Shown piece after piece: positions 47,164-56,864 of a stretch of DNA of 64,000 nt. The stretch's first letter is position 1. Every line of letters begins with the position of its first letter. The notes under the pieces are model-generated. The model saw only the letters and a list, made by a program, of their open reading frames with translations. It was not told the DNA's origin and did not search any database. Both the position numbers and the translations under genes were made by a program. The stretch is from positions 525-64,524 of the forward strand of contig SVTW01000005.1 of assembly GCA_015063585.1 (NCBI GenBank). Reading direction: 5' to 3'. Source of the stretch: Oscillospiraceae bacterium (GTDB lineage: Bacteria; Bacillota; Clostridia; Oscillospirales; CAG-272).

Positions 47164-48657
47164 TCAGCTTTTTTTCAGAATAAAAGAAACAGCCTTTCCG
47201 ATATGAGCGACCGTATCCGATGCGAGCATACTGATCGGATTGAGATCGGCCTCGGCAAGCTCCCCCGCCAGCCCTGCGAGATATGCGCCGCAGGCAACGG
47301 TAAGAGGCGACGGTGGCAGATATCCAAGCAATCCTGCAAGCACCCCCGAAAGAACGTCCCCACTCCCCGCGGTTGCCATTCCCGCACAGCCGCGATCCAC
47401 AAGATAGGTCTCGTTTCCATCGGTCACAACCGTTGTACTCCCTTTAAGGAGGAGACAAACACCGTGTTTTTTCGCGTAATCCGAAGCAATCGCAATGGGA
47501 TTTTCAAGAATCTCACGAACAGAACGTCCGCAAAGCCGCTCCATTTCCTTTGGATGCGGGGTCAGGATCACACGCCCTGCGGCGGCTTTCAAAAGCGTTG
47601 GATCCAGCTCGGAAAGTGTATTGAGTCCATCGGCGTCGATCACGATACTGCCGGTGAAATTTTGAAGCACGTGTGAAAGAATCTGCCCGTTTTCAGGACT
47701 CCGCCCCCACCCCATGCCGATTGCCAAAGCCTTTTGCCCACTGAGTGCCGCATCGAGTGCCGCACGGTCAAAAAGCATCTGTCCTTTGTAGTCCGCAAGC
47801 GTGGAAAGCGTGCTTTCCAGCAGATACGGCGCAACACTTGGTGCGATCGATTCGGGAACGATCAGGCGCGCGACGCCGCATCCCGCACGCAAAGCCGAAC
47901 AGCTCAGATTGGCAAGCTTGACCGCGCCCGCGTACTCCGCGCATCCGCCAAGCAGAGCCACGTAACCGTAGCTCCCTTTGTGTGAGTCGTGCGGGCGGGA
48001 GGTAAGAAGTTTCCCAAAATCCGCTCGCTCAACAAGATAATAGCAGTCGCCATGCAGTCCGATCCCGATATCCAGATTTATAAGGCGACCGATCACATCC
48101 TTGGCGCATCCGAGATAATGCCCGGGCTGACAGAATCCGATGGAAAGCGTGAGGTCCGAATGAACGCAAAGCGATGCGCGTCCGTTATCTCCGTTCAGTC
48201 CGCTGTTGATATCAACCGACAGGACCGTTTTGCCGCTCGCATTGATGCGCTCAATTGCCTCGGCGGCAACACCGCGTACCTCTCCGTGAAAGCCTGTACC
48301 AAAGATGCAATCGACAATTTCGTCGTATTCCGAAAAATCGGTTTTTGCATCAAAATAGCGGTGCGGAACCCCGATTTCCTTGCATTTTCCATAATAATAT
48401 CCGCCGTCCTCGGAAAAAACATCTTCCAAAAGGATCAGCTCACACGCTATTTTATCGCGCCAAAGCAAGGCTGCCAAAACATATCCGTCGCCCGCATTGT
48501 TGCCGCTTCCGCAAACAATTGCCGTCCTTCCCTTCCATGGGTAAGCGCGGTAGATCGCCTCTCCCGCGCGCCGCATCAGTTCTTTTCCCGACGTACCTTC
48601 TCTTATCGTAGCGGCATCGCTTTCGCGCATCACGCGTACCGTTGTGATCGGTTGCAT
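47164..48657 (-). CDS. nnr: bifunctional NAD(P)H-hydrate epimerase / ADP-dependent dehydratase
   Basis: 497 aa. YjeF N-domain (IVCGSGNNAGDGYV) plus a C-terminal carbohydrate-kinase domain (GGCAEYAGA, ATAGSGDVLSG). Confidence 0.9.
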   Translation of the reverse strand: MQPITTVRVMRESDAATIREGTSGKELMRRAGEAIYRAYPWKGRTAIVCGSGNNAGDGYVLAALLWRDKIACELILLEDVFSEDGGYYYGKCKEIGVPHRYFDAKTDFSEYDEIVDCIFGTGFHGEVRGVAAEAIERINASGKTVLSVDINSGLNGDNGRASLCVHSDLTLSIGFCQPGHYLGCAKDVIGRLINLDIGIGLHGDCYYLVERADFGKLLTSRPHDSHKGSYGYVALLGGCAEYAGAVKLANLSCSALRAGCGVARLIVPESIAPSVAPYLLESTLSTLADYKGQMLFDRAALDAALSGQKALAIGMGWGRSPENGQILSHVLQNFTGSIVIDADGLNTLSELDPTLLKAAAGRVILTPHPKEMERLCGRSVREILENPIAIASDYAKKHGVCLLLKGSTTVVTDGNETYLVDRGCAGMATAGSGDVLSGVLAGLLGYLPPSPLTVACGAYLAGLAGELAEADLNPISMLASDTVAHIGKAVSFILKKS

Positions 48658-48821
48658 CTGATCAACCTCCGTTTTTCTTTTTTCTTATTTTACCACAAAA
48701 AAGCGCGGCGGTCAATGAAAATTACCATATTTTTAGGACTTCCCTTTTTCAAAAAAAAGAATATAATAGAATTAGGAAATTTTGTTCCCTGTCCGAATAC
48801 CGAAAGGAGTGACTTGTTTTT

Positions 48822-49457
48822 ATGGAACTGATCCGCATCAGCGAACGAAAGCTGAAAATTATGTTGACCCCCACGGATATGTGTCACTTTGAACTCAATA
48901 ATGATTGTTTTGGAGAGGACAGCACAAAAATGCACCAAGCATTTCGCCTTTTACTGGATGAGGTTCGCCGCAGGACCGATTTTGAAGGTGATGACCGCCA
49001 TCTATCCATTCAATATTTTCCATCGCGCGAGGGTGGTTGCGAAATGTTTATCAGTCAACTTTGTCAAACGGACGAAACGGTTGCCGTTCCGATTCAAAAT
49101 TCCCTGCTCCCGTCCAAAAACAGCAGCGCGCCGCTTCCGACACGCGGGCAGATCGGAAGCTTTCGACGTGACTGTGCCTTTCGATTCACGGAGTTGAACT
49201 ACCTCCTCCACGTCTGCAATCGCCTTCTCGGCTCGTCCAACGTTCATGAAAGCCATGCGTATCGGGATGAGCGAAACGACTATTTTCTTTTTTTAACGGT
49301 TCTGTCCGCCTCTCCGTTTTCCTTACCCAAGGAGCTGGATTTTCTCGTGGAATACGGAAACGTGGAAAATGCCGCTCTGCTTCGCCTCTACATACAGGAA
49401 CACGCGACTCTGATCGCATCTCCCGACGCGATCGGTACGCTCGGCATTCTTCGATAA
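48822..49457 (+). CDS. MecA-like adaptor protein
   Basis: 211 aa. The N-terminus MELIRISERKLKIMLTPTDM... and the two-domain layout resemble the adaptor MecA family. The assignment is by resemblance only. Confidence 0.5.
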   Translation: MELIRISERKLKIMLTPTDMCHFELNNDCFGEDSTKMHQAFRLLLDEVRRRTDFEGDDRHLSIQYFPSREGGCEMFISQLCQTDETVAVPIQNSLLPSKNSSAPLPTRGQIGSFRRDCAFRFTELNYLLHVCNRLLGSSNVHESHAYRDERNDYFLFLTVLSASPFSLPKELDFLVEYGNVENAALLRLYIQEHATLIASPDAIGTLGILR

Positions 49458-49559
49458 AAGAAGCAGCCCCGCTGCGAAAAAGACCTTCTTTCATGACAAG
49501 ATACTCTTTTCTGCAGCGGGAATTTTATAAAAAATATATCGATTCTTCAAAAGGAAACA

Positions 49560-50720
49560 TCAAAATAAATCTCTGCTTTTTCGTTCAATGCGCTCGATTG
49601 CGTGGATAAGCATATCCACCTGCCTGCGTGTGTTTCCGAATCCCGGACTGACCCGTACAGCGCCTCCGTTTGGTGTTTTCAGAGTCGCGTGTCCCAGAGC
49701 AGCGCAATGATACCCGGTTCGAACACAGAATCCGAGTTTGTCAAGCTCGTGACCGACATGATCTGCCGGAACAGCGTTGAGATTAAACAGAAGAATCGCC
49801 CCCTGACAATGCGGGGCATAGACGGTGACCCTCGGCACATGCCGCAATTCCTCTTGCAGAGCAGTGTTCCATTCCCGCAAATGGCGGGATATCCGCTCCT
49901 GTCCGATCCGTTTGACGGTGCGGACTCCGGCGCAAAGCCCCGCGATCGCAGGAGTGGCAAGCGTTCCCGCCTCATAGCGTTCGGGTGCGTCTTGCGGCAT
50001 ATCCCCCTCAAGCGAATTGTATCCGCTTCCACCTTCGATCAGCGTATCCGCGACAACGCCTTTTCCAAGCAGAAGAAAGCCGCTTCCCTGCGGGCCGAGC
50101 AAGCCTTTATGCCCGGGTGCGCACAGCGCATCGATGCCCATGGACTCCACGTGGATCGGTAAATGTCCTGCCGACTGTGCCGCGTCCACCACAAACAGGA
50201 TCCCATAGGCGCGGCAAAGCCTGCCGATTGCCGCAAGCGGCAAGGCATAAGAGCAGATATTGGATGCGTGGGAGCAGATGAGCATTCGTGTTTCGGGGCG
50301 AATATGGGATTCGATCTCCTCACACAGTCTCTTTTCGGTCGTTTCGGGATCGTTTACCCCTGTGGAAAAGACGTCGTATTGGATCTTACCTTCCCGTGCC
50401 AACTTATAGATTGGACGGAAAACCGCGTTGTGCTCCAGATCTGAGATCAAAACGTGATCCCCCTCCCGAAGCAAGCCTTTTATCGCAAAATTGAGTGCGG
50501 TGGTTGTATTGGGTGTAAAAATGACGTTCGACGGATCGGCGGCACCGAAAAAAGATGCCAGCTCGCACCGACATTCAAAAATGCGTTCCGCCGCGCGCAT
50601 GGCAAGCACGTGCGCACCTCTGCCGGCATTTCCGCACTCACTTTGCATACAACGAAGCTGTGCGTCGATCACATTTGCGGGCTTTGGATAAGATGTGGCG
50701 GCATTATCCAGATAGATCAT
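49560..50720 (-). CDS. class V aminotransferase-fold cysteine desulfurase / selenocysteine lyase-like enzyme
   Basis: The start was set to MIYLDNAATSYPKP (ATG at 50720, GGAGGGGAG RBS). PLP-Lys context GHKGLLGPQGSG and active-site RTGYHCA. Confidence 0.85.
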   Translation of the reverse strand: MIYLDNAATSYPKPANVIDAQLRCMQSECGNAGRGAHVLAMRAAERIFECRCELASFFGAADPSNVIFTPNTTTALNFAIKGLLREGDHVLISDLEHNAVFRPIYKLAREGKIQYDVFSTGVNDPETTEKRLCEEIESHIRPETRMLICSHASNICSYALPLAAIGRLCRAYGILFVVDAAQSAGHLPIHVESMGIDALCAPGHKGLLGPQGSGFLLLGKGVVADTLIEGGSGYNSLEGDMPQDAPERYEAGTLATPAIAGLCAGVRTVKRIGQERISRHLREWNTALQEELRHVPRVTVYAPHCQGAILLFNLNAVPADHVGHELDKLGFCVRTGYHCAALGHATLKTPNGGAVRVSPGFGNTRRQVDMLIHAIERIERKSRDLF

Positions 50721-50965
50721 CGGCTCTCCCCTCCGTAAAATGCCTGTACTGTAATTCCGGCGTTTTGGAGAGTCTGTTTTACGAGCTCCAACTGCAAACA
50801 AGAAAAAGAGAGCGCGTAGGCACATCCGAGACGCGTATATCGGGAATCGGCTTTGATCAACCTTGCACGAACGGCAGCCGATGCCAACACGTTTTGTGCC
50901 TGCATCGCCATCGTCATCGAACCGATTACGGCAACGCACTCCCGATGATTGATTTGATTGTGCAT
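50717..50965 (-). CDS. DUF3343-like small protein (putative S/Se carrier-related)
   Basis: 82 aa from the ATG at 50965 (GGAGGTG RBS). Its stop overlaps the desulfurase ATG (ATGA). The pattern AVIGSMT.AMQAQNVL...R.....GCAYAL resembles DUF3343. Confidence 0.55.
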   Translation of the reverse strand: MHNQINHRECVAVIGSMTMAMQAQNVLASAAVRARLIKADSRYTRLGCAYALSFSCLQLELVKQTLQNAGITVQAFYGGESR

Positions 50966-51102
50966 ATTTCGCACCTCCTCTGATATCAGCATATGCCGAA
51001 AAAGGGCGAATTGTCGCTCCGTATCCTCGCGTTTTCTGAATAATGTGAAAAAAAGTCGTCCATACTGTTTTTAGCAAAAAAAGAAAAAGGAGTGGCTTTT
51101 AT

Positions 51103-52398
51103 ATGAACAAACCGCAAATTACCCGTTGCTGTGCGCGCGAAATTCTCGATTCGAGAGGAAATCCAACCGTAGAAGCAACGGTTTTTTTGGCTGACGGAAC
51201 AGTTGGTGTCGCAAGTGTTCCATCGGGAGCATCGACCGGAATATTCGAGGCATGCGAGCTTCGTGACGGAGACAGACGCCGATACGCCGGAAAAGGTGTG
51301 TTGGAGGCGGCATCGAATGTTGGGAAAATCATTTCTCCCGCGCTCAGCGGCATTTATGCCTCGGAGCAATCTGAGGTGGACCGCATTCTTTGTGAGCTTG
51401 ACGGAACCGAAAACAAGAGCCGTTTGGGTGCCAACGCGATCCTTTCGGTTTCTCTCGCAACGGCACGCGCCGCAGCGAATTGGTATCATCTACCGCTCTA
51501 TCGCTATCTTGGCGGGGCTTCTGCCGACCGTCTCCCGATTCCCATGATGAATATTCTCAACGGAGGCGCACATGCCTCGAACAACGTTGAAATTCAGGAA
51601 TTTATGATTGCCCCCGTCGCGGCGACCTCCTTCGCAGAAGCTTTGCGTATGGGAAGTGAAATCTATCACACACTCGGTAAGCTTTTGCGCTCCGAAGGAC
51701 ACGCGGCAACGGTTGGCGACGAGGGCGGTTTCGCGCCCGATCTGCGCGACGATGAGGAGGCGCTTGATCTGATCTGCCGTGCCATTGAGGAAAGCGGCTA
51801 CAGCACCGAACAGGTAAAAATTGCGCTGGACTGTGCCGCGGGAGAATGGTGTGAAGCCGACGGCAATTACCGATTGCCAAAGCGCGGAAAGCAATACACG
51901 CGCTCGGGTTTGATCGACCGTTGGGAGGAATTGATCCAAAAATACCCGTTATTCTCGATTGAAGACGGGCTTGATCAGCGTGATTTTGACGGGTGGCGGG
52001 AAATGACGGCTCGAATCGGCAGCAGGGTCATGCTCGTTGGAGACGATTTGTTTGTGACCAATGAAAAGCGATTGAGTGAAGGGATCCGCTGCGGTGCCGC
52101 CAACGCGATCCTGATCAAGCCCAATCAGATCGGGACACTGAGCGAGGTCGTTCGTGTGATCCATTTAGCGAGAAATACGGGCTACTCCTTTATTCTCTCC
52201 CATCGAAGCGGTGAAACCGAGGACGTAACGCTTGCCGATCTTTGCGTTGCGATGGGTGCCGCCTATATTAAGTCGGGCGCGCCCTGCCGCAGTGAGCGTG
52301 TGGCAAAGTACAACCGCCTCTTACGAATCGAATCGGCACTCGGACCGAACGCGCGGTATGGCTGTGATAAGGTCCTCAACCCCACTCTCAAGCAATAA
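51103..52398 (+). CDS. eno: enolase (phosphopyruvate hydratase)
   Basis: 431 aa. [31 protein letters not shown] and SHRSGETED motifs. Confidence 0.93.
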   Translation: MNKPQITRCCAREILDSRGNPTVEATVFLADGTVGVASVPSGASTGIFEACELRDGDRRRYAGKGVLEAASNVGKIISPALSGIYASEQSEVDRILCELDGTENKSRLGANAILSVSLATARAAANWYHLPLYRYLGGASADRLPIPMMNILNGGAHASNNVEIQEFMIAPVAATSFAEALRMGSEIYHTLGKLLRSEGHAATVGDEGGFAPDLRDDEEALDLICRAIEESGYSTEQVKIALDCAAGEWCEADGNYRLPKRGKQYTRSGLIDRWEELIQKYPLFSIEDGLDQRDFDGWREMTARIGSRVMLVGDDLFVTNEKRLSEGIRCGAANAILIKPNQIGTLSEVVRVIHLARNTGYSFILSHRSGETEDVTLADLCVAMGAAYIKSGAPCRSERVAKYNRLLRIESALGPNARYGCDKVLNPTLKQ

Positions 52399-52407
52399 AT
52401 AACAAAA

Positions 52408-52449
52408 ATGGGATATCTCAAATTTTCATCTGAGATATCCCATTTTTAC
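52408..52449. terminator. bidirectional terminator between eno and radC
   Basis: ATGGGATATCTCA-N10-TGAGATATCCCAT flanked by AAAA / TTTTT. Confidence 0.75.
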
Positions 52450-53270
52450 GTAATGATTGATTCTTGCGTATGATCCGCCCGATCCTCGTCGCCGCCGTTT
52501 GGAAGGTCGGGGTGAACGCTGCCGTCGCCTTTGCCGTAAAAGGACTCGTAAAATTCCTCGTCATACCGCTGCGTTACGGGCGAGATGCGATGTGTGCCGT
52601 AGCGCTCACGCATAATAGAGGCATATTTTTGATCGGCAAATACCAGATGATCAAGCAGGGTTACGTTCATATTGTCAAAATATTGGCGCAGAATGTCGGT
52701 GGTGTCACGATCCGCCAAAGAAGGGATCGCCAGCCCATTCGGGTGATTGTGCGCCAAAAGAACCGCCGCCGCGCCGGTTGTAATCACCAGCTCCGCGATG
52801 CGTCTTGTCATCACATCGGAGCAATTGATCACGCCCTCCGACAGCTTTTCACACGCCAAAAGATTCAATCGGTTATTAAACAGCATGATATAAAGGCATT
52901 CCACGTTGACGCCGACAAATTTGGGGTATAGGAACTCCGCGATCTTTCCAACATCGTCGAAGCGATAGCGCTTTTCGGGATCATCGGTCAAATATCGGCA
53001 CAAAATCTCTGCCATCACCCGGATCAGGTGCGCACTGGTATCCCCAATGCCCTCCACAGCCTTTAGCTCACTTACCTTTGCGTCCAAAACACCCTTGACC
53101 GATCCAAAACGCTCGATCAGGGCATGTGCGATCGGATTGGTGTCGATCCGCGGAAGCGAATAATAGAGCAGCATTTCTAACAGCTCATGCTCGGCACAGT
53201 GTTTCATTCCGTTTTTCAACGCGCTGTCCCGGGCTCTCTTTCGGTGTCCTGTATGAATTTTGTCAGACAT
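52446..53270 (-). CDS. radC: RadC-family JAB/MPN domain protein (full-length, with HhH N-domain and ~50-aa C-terminal tail)
   Basis: 274 aa. N-terminal HELLEMLL...ELKAVEGIGDTSA and the JAMM motif HNHPNGLAIPSLAD. Confidence 0.85.
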   Translation of the reverse strand: MSDKIHTGHRKRARDSALKNGMKHCAEHELLEMLLYYSLPRIDTNPIAHALIERFGSVKGVLDAKVSELKAVEGIGDTSAHLIRVMAEILCRYLTDDPEKRYRFDDVGKIAEFLYPKFVGVNVECLYIMLFNNRLNLLACEKLSEGVINCSDVMTRRIAELVITTGAAAVLLAHNHPNGLAIPSLADRDTTDILRQYFDNMNVTLLDHLVFADQKYASIMRERYGTHRISPVTQRYDEEFYESFYGKGDGSVHPDLPNGGDEDRADHTQESIIT

Positions 53271-53319
53271 ACTTTTCTCTCCGTTTAGCAGAATCTTTTT
53301 TCAAAAAGCTTCGCATTTG

Positions 53320-54141
53320 TTACTTTCTTTTCAGCTTTCCAACAACTCGACCCTTGCAAAGAACGTCCGAAAAGTCTCTGAGCATGATCGGTGCATAGGC
53401 AGGATTCAGCGAATGCAGGCGATCCCCCTCATAGCGCTTGAAAAATCCGCAGCCATCCAAAAGAAAAATACCAAGCTCCCCTGCCTCAACGCTGTCACAG
53501 GATTGCACCAGCAGAATATCACCGTCATGATACTTAGGCTCCATACTGTCTCCGCTGATGCGCAGCGCATAGTCTGCCTCTGCGGTTTTTTCGGTGGACG
53601 GTACGGTAATGGTATCTACCCCCGCATCATCCAGATAAATTCCAACACCGGCGGATACGGGAAGATCGAACAGCTTGAGCCGGCGCTTTTCGGTGCGAAC
53701 CGACTCTCCCGCATATCTGCCAACCGCGGGAATCGGACGCAGGACCCGACCCGCACGTTGCGTTTTCTCGGCAACAACCGGCTGTGCTTCCGCCACGTCC
53801 GCAGACGTATCGCGTACGCGTTCGAGCTCTTTTTCAAGCACACTGTCAATCAGGGATTTGCCCCAACGGTCCAAGGAACGGTACTGCTCCACCATCGTAA
53901 TTTCAGCTTGGTTGAGCGTATAGTTATTGGTATTCTCGGGCGTACCGCTGACGATATATTCCACCGAGCATCCGAGCGCCGAGCAAATGGCAACCAAATT
54001 GGAAAGCTTGGGTGAATCGCTCATGCCTGCCAGGATCTTTGAAAGCGTACCGAGCGGAATTCCCGAACGCTCCGCAAGCTGCTCGTTTGTCAGTTTTTGT
54101 TCATTCTTTAATAATTTAATGCGATCAAGATACGTTTCCAT
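53320..54141 (-). CDS. LexA-like autoproteolytic repressor: XRE HTH + S24 peptidase domain
   Basis: 273 aa. N-terminal HTH_3 (LTNEQLAERSGIPLGTLSKILAG), a candidate Ala-Gly cleavage site (VSAGVG), the nucleophile Ser in GDSMEP and the general-base Lys 36 residues later (FFKRY). Confidence 0.85.
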   Translation of the reverse strand: METYLDRIKLLKNEQKLTNEQLAERSGIPLGTLSKILAGMSDSPKLSNLVAICSALGCSVEYIVSGTPENTNNYTLNQAEITMVEQYRSLDRWGKSLIDSVLEKELERVRDTSADVAEAQPVVAEKTQRAGRVLRPIPAVGRYAGESVRTEKRRLKLFDLPVSAGVGIYLDDAGVDTITVPSTEKTAEADYALRISGDSMEPKYHDGDILLVQSCDSVEAGELGIFLLDGCGFFKRYEGDRLHSLNPAYAPIMLRDFSDVLCKGRVVGKLKRK

Positions 54142-54171
54142 TTTCGCCTCCGTTTTTCCGATTACGAAACT

Positions 54172-54200
54172 ATTATAACATCTTTTTCATGATTTGTAAA
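54172..54200 (-). promoter_or_regulatory. candidate sigma-A promoter for the XRE-S24/radC operon
   Basis: On the minus strand: TTTACA (54195-54200), a 17-nt spacer, then TATAAT (54172-54177). Confidence 0.45.
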
Positions 54201-54240
54201 TAGTTTTTTGAAAATTTTTTCTTTTTTTGGAAAAAGGGTA

Positions 54241-54269
54241 TTGACAAATCGAATTTTATCTGCTATAAT
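54241..54269 (+). promoter_or_regulatory. candidate sigma-A promoter for the divergent small membrane protein gene
   Basis: TTGACA (54241-54246), a 17-nt spacer, then TATAAT (54264-54269). Confidence 0.5.
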
Positions 54270-54311
54270 ACGCTTACAAGAGTTCCATTATTGGTATTTT
54301 GGAGGTATAAA

Positions 54312-54638
54312 ATGAATACTTGTTTTGATAAAAAAGCCAACTTTGATTCCAATAAAAGAATTATTGAAGCATATTTCGGTGAAGATGCGGTTTGCGAAAG
54401 CCCTTTAAAAAAATACATTGATCAGTTTCTTTTTCTGCTTGCCGCCGTTCTTCGCACGTTAACCTGCACCAAGGCGCGCCGCATCTGCAAAGCCCTTTCG
54501 CTTGCGGGTTGCCTGGTTGGTTTTGTTGGCATTATCGGCGCAATGGAGCGCGGTGTAATCGGGCTCGGACTCGGCTTTCTGATTGGGCTTGCCTTGATCG
54601 GTATTGAAGTTCTTTGTCTGCGTCCTCAGCGTTCCTGA
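54312..54638 (+). CDS. hypothetical small membrane protein
   Basis: 108 aa from the ATG at 54312 (GGAGG RBS). It has a soluble N-terminal ~35 aa followed by 2-3 hydrophobic helices. No family was recognised. Confidence 0.5.
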   Translation: MNTCFDKKANFDSNKRIIEAYFGEDAVCESPLKKYIDQFLFLLAAVLRTLTCTKARRICKALSLAGCLVGFVGIIGAMERGVIGLGLGFLIGLALIGIEVLCLRPQRS

Positions 54639-55705
54639 AGAATTGCAGCCAGTGCCTCTGCGGTCATCTCTGCCGCACGTGTGGCTTCCTCAACCGAATT
54701 GGCCGCCGTGCCGATCTCAAGCAAAAGTGCGTGCGGCGCCATCTCTTGATTATAGGAAGCGTTTCGCAACGTGATCGGGCGGCAAACCGTTGCGCCGTTT
54801 GAATTGAGGCGCTCACGAAGCTGAAGCGCAAGTGCTAAGTTCTCTTCCCAATTTTCAAATTGCGTTCCATTTCCGTCGGTTCCCACCACCGCCATAACCT
54901 GTGCCGTTGGAGAAAGCTCGCTTTCCGCGATGCTTCGTACAAATTCTCCGTTCGCGGTGGTTATCGCGTCTCGGTGTAAATCGATCACATAAGATATGCT
55001 TGGGTAACGCACCAAATATTCCGCAATCGTTTTCTCGGCGCGCGCATAGGAGCCGCCAAGTGTTGGAGTATCATGCATCACCGTACAGTGAATGGCGGTG
55101 ATGCCTTTTTTATTTAGCGTTTCACAAAAGACCGAACCGATTGCAAGAATATTTTTTGCGCTGTCATTGGAATAGGTTGCATCCCCCACCGCCCCGACGA
55201 TATATTCGGCTTGGCTTGGAAGATAAGATTCACTTGTATGTGTGTGAAGCACAAGAACCGTGGGCGCATCCGATAAGAGAGTTGCCGAAAGATCCATGCC
55301 GAGCAGTTTGTTCACGTCGGGATCATACGGCGTCTCATTATGTATATATTCCCTGCCGAGTGAGGGATAGGAAAGATCCAGCGAGAGGACCGGAGTCGCG
55401 CCGTCGGGAATCACGACGGCGGGTGGCTCGGACTGTGATTCCTCTTGCCCGAGATGCGACGATACGCTCGAATCCGTCGGCTCTGTCACCGTCTCGGAAT
55501 CCTTTTCAAAAAACGAACCGAGACGGTTGAAAAATGTCCAACCGCCCTGCTCAAGCCAGATCGCGCTGACCGAAAAAGCGGCAAGCAAAATCCCACAGCA
55601 AAGCAAAAAAGCCGCAAAAAAGCGGTACTTTGCGTAAAAAGTGGTTCCAAGCAGGATTCGCTCCTGCGATTCGGGCAGTGAATTTTTGATCGGATGCTGT
55701 GCCAT
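54626..55705 (-). CDS. spoIIP: stage II sporulation protein P
   Basis: N-terminal TM, LVLHTHTSESY and IDLHRD motifs typical of the SpoIIP amidase/endopeptidase. The start is likely ATG at 55705 (GGAAGG RBS); the track start at 55747 is TTG. It lies downstream of gpr, as in Bacilli and Clostridia. Confidence 0.88.
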   Translation of the reverse strand: MAQHPIKNSLPESQERILLGTTFYAKYRFFAAFLLCCGILLAAFSVSAIWLEQGGWTFFNRLGSFFEKDSETVTEPTDSSVSSHLGQEESQSEPPAVVIPDGATPVLSLDLSYPSLGREYIHNETPYDPDVNKLLGMDLSATLLSDAPTVLVLHTHTSESYLPSQAEYIVGAVGDATYSNDSAKNILAIGSVFCETLNKKGITAIHCTVMHDTPTLGGSYARAEKTIAEYLVRYPSISYVIDLHRDAITTANGEFVRSIAESELSPTAQVMAVVGTDGNGTQFENWEENLALALQLRERLNSNGATVCRPITLRNASYNQEMAPHALLLEIGTAANSVEEATRAAEMTAEALAAILQER

Positions 55706-55779
55706 TTTTCTTACCTTCCGTTTCTTTTTTTGTACACCATATGCCAAGCATCCTCAAAATATTCCGCATGCGGGATCGG

Positions 55780-56676
55780 TCAGATCATCTCCTCTCCCAC
55801 AAAAGCAAAATGAATCGCCTCCGCAATGACCGTTGCGAAAAAAGAGGTGATCGAGTCGCTCTCCTTGGGGGAAACAAAGAAGCTTTTTCCATTTTCTAAA
55901 ACACGTTCCAGTGTCGGTGATATTTTTTCGATACCCGCGCTTCGGAGCGCATCGTAAACCAGCGTTGAGGAATCCACAACGGTCGGCACCCCCAACACCA
56001 CTACCGGAACGCCAAGTGAACGTGCCGAAATTTCTGAGCGGTGATTTCCTACGCCCGAGCCGGGACAAACGCCCGCATCGCAGATCTGCACGGTAGCGGC
56101 AAGGCGGTCACAGCTTCGTGCCGCCAAGGCATCGATCACCAAAACAAGATCGGGCTTGACCGTTGCGACCACCCCGCGCAACAGCTCCAAGGTTTCAATC
56201 CCCGTTTGCCCCAGCACCCCGGGCGCGAGCGCGGAAAGAGCCGAGCAACCGATCGCTCTGTAAAGCTCCCCTTCATGCTCACGCAGATGGCGCGTTGCCA
56301 CAAGCTTGCTTATCGCCTGCGGGCCAACGGCATCGGCGGTCAGCTCGGCATTTCCGAGCCCCGCCACAAAAACGCTGAATTCCCCGTCCGGATCGCGCCG
56401 CGTCAACTGAGAGGACATATCGACCAGCTCATCCGACAACAGGCGCGAAAGACGCTGCCGCTCGCAGTCCCCTCGCATCATAATACCATTACATTCCACA
56501 GTAATATAGTGCCCGATCGGCTTATTCAGAAGCGCGGAATCCGCAGGCGTCTCGATCCGCATGCGGTAAACACGAAAGCCCTCGATCCTCTCCTCGTGAC
56601 ACAAATCATTCAGCCGCTTGGCATTCTCATCCGCCGCATACTCACACGCAAGGTCTGTTCTTACAAATTTTTCCAT
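55780..56676 (-). CDS. gpr: germination protease GPR (spore endopeptidase)
   Basis: 298 aa. N-terminal RTDLACE motif and GLGN...TADA.GP segments. It is adjacent to spoIIP. Confidence 0.85.
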   Translation of the reverse strand: MEKFVRTDLACEYAADENAKRLNDLCHEERIEGFRVYRMRIETPADSALLNKPIGHYITVECNGIMMRGDCERQRLSRLLSDELVDMSSQLTRRDPDGEFSVFVAGLGNAELTADAVGPQAISKLVATRHLREHEGELYRAIGCSALSALAPGVLGQTGIETLELLRGVVATVKPDLVLVIDALAARSCDRLAATVQICDAGVCPGSGVGNHRSEISARSLGVPVVVLGVPTVVDSSTLVYDALRSAGIEKISPTLERVLENGKSFFVSPKESDSITSFFATVIAEAIHFAFVGEEMI

Positions 56677-56864
56677 AAAAATCTCCTTTTTTTGCCGAAA
56701 GTTTTCATTCTGTTCTTAAATTGCCAAGAAAATTAACAAAATATACATTAAAAAATTTTGGAAACTATTGAAATCAAATAGAAAATAGGTTATAATATAG
56801 GGGTACAGAAGGCGCTATGCGCGCCGATTCCGATTTTTTATTCATGAGGAGGCTTATCAACACC

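Noticed and set aside
49560-51077. The 505-aa track ORF suggests a cysteine desulfurase with a 119-aa N-terminal extension.
   Set aside because: Homology begins at MIYLDNAATSYP (ATG at 50720) with a strong RBS. The extension is Arg/Cys-rich junk and overlaps a better-supported separate gene (DUF3343-like) in another frame.
51103-52398. The enolase looks somewhat diverged from the canonical sequence I remember (for example RCCAREILD and ALDCAAGEW), raising the idea of a non-glycolytic paralog.
   Set aside because: All hallmark motifs, including SHRSGETED and the metal and substrate ligand contexts, are intact. Without an alignment or knowledge of a second eno copy, there is no basis for a claim.
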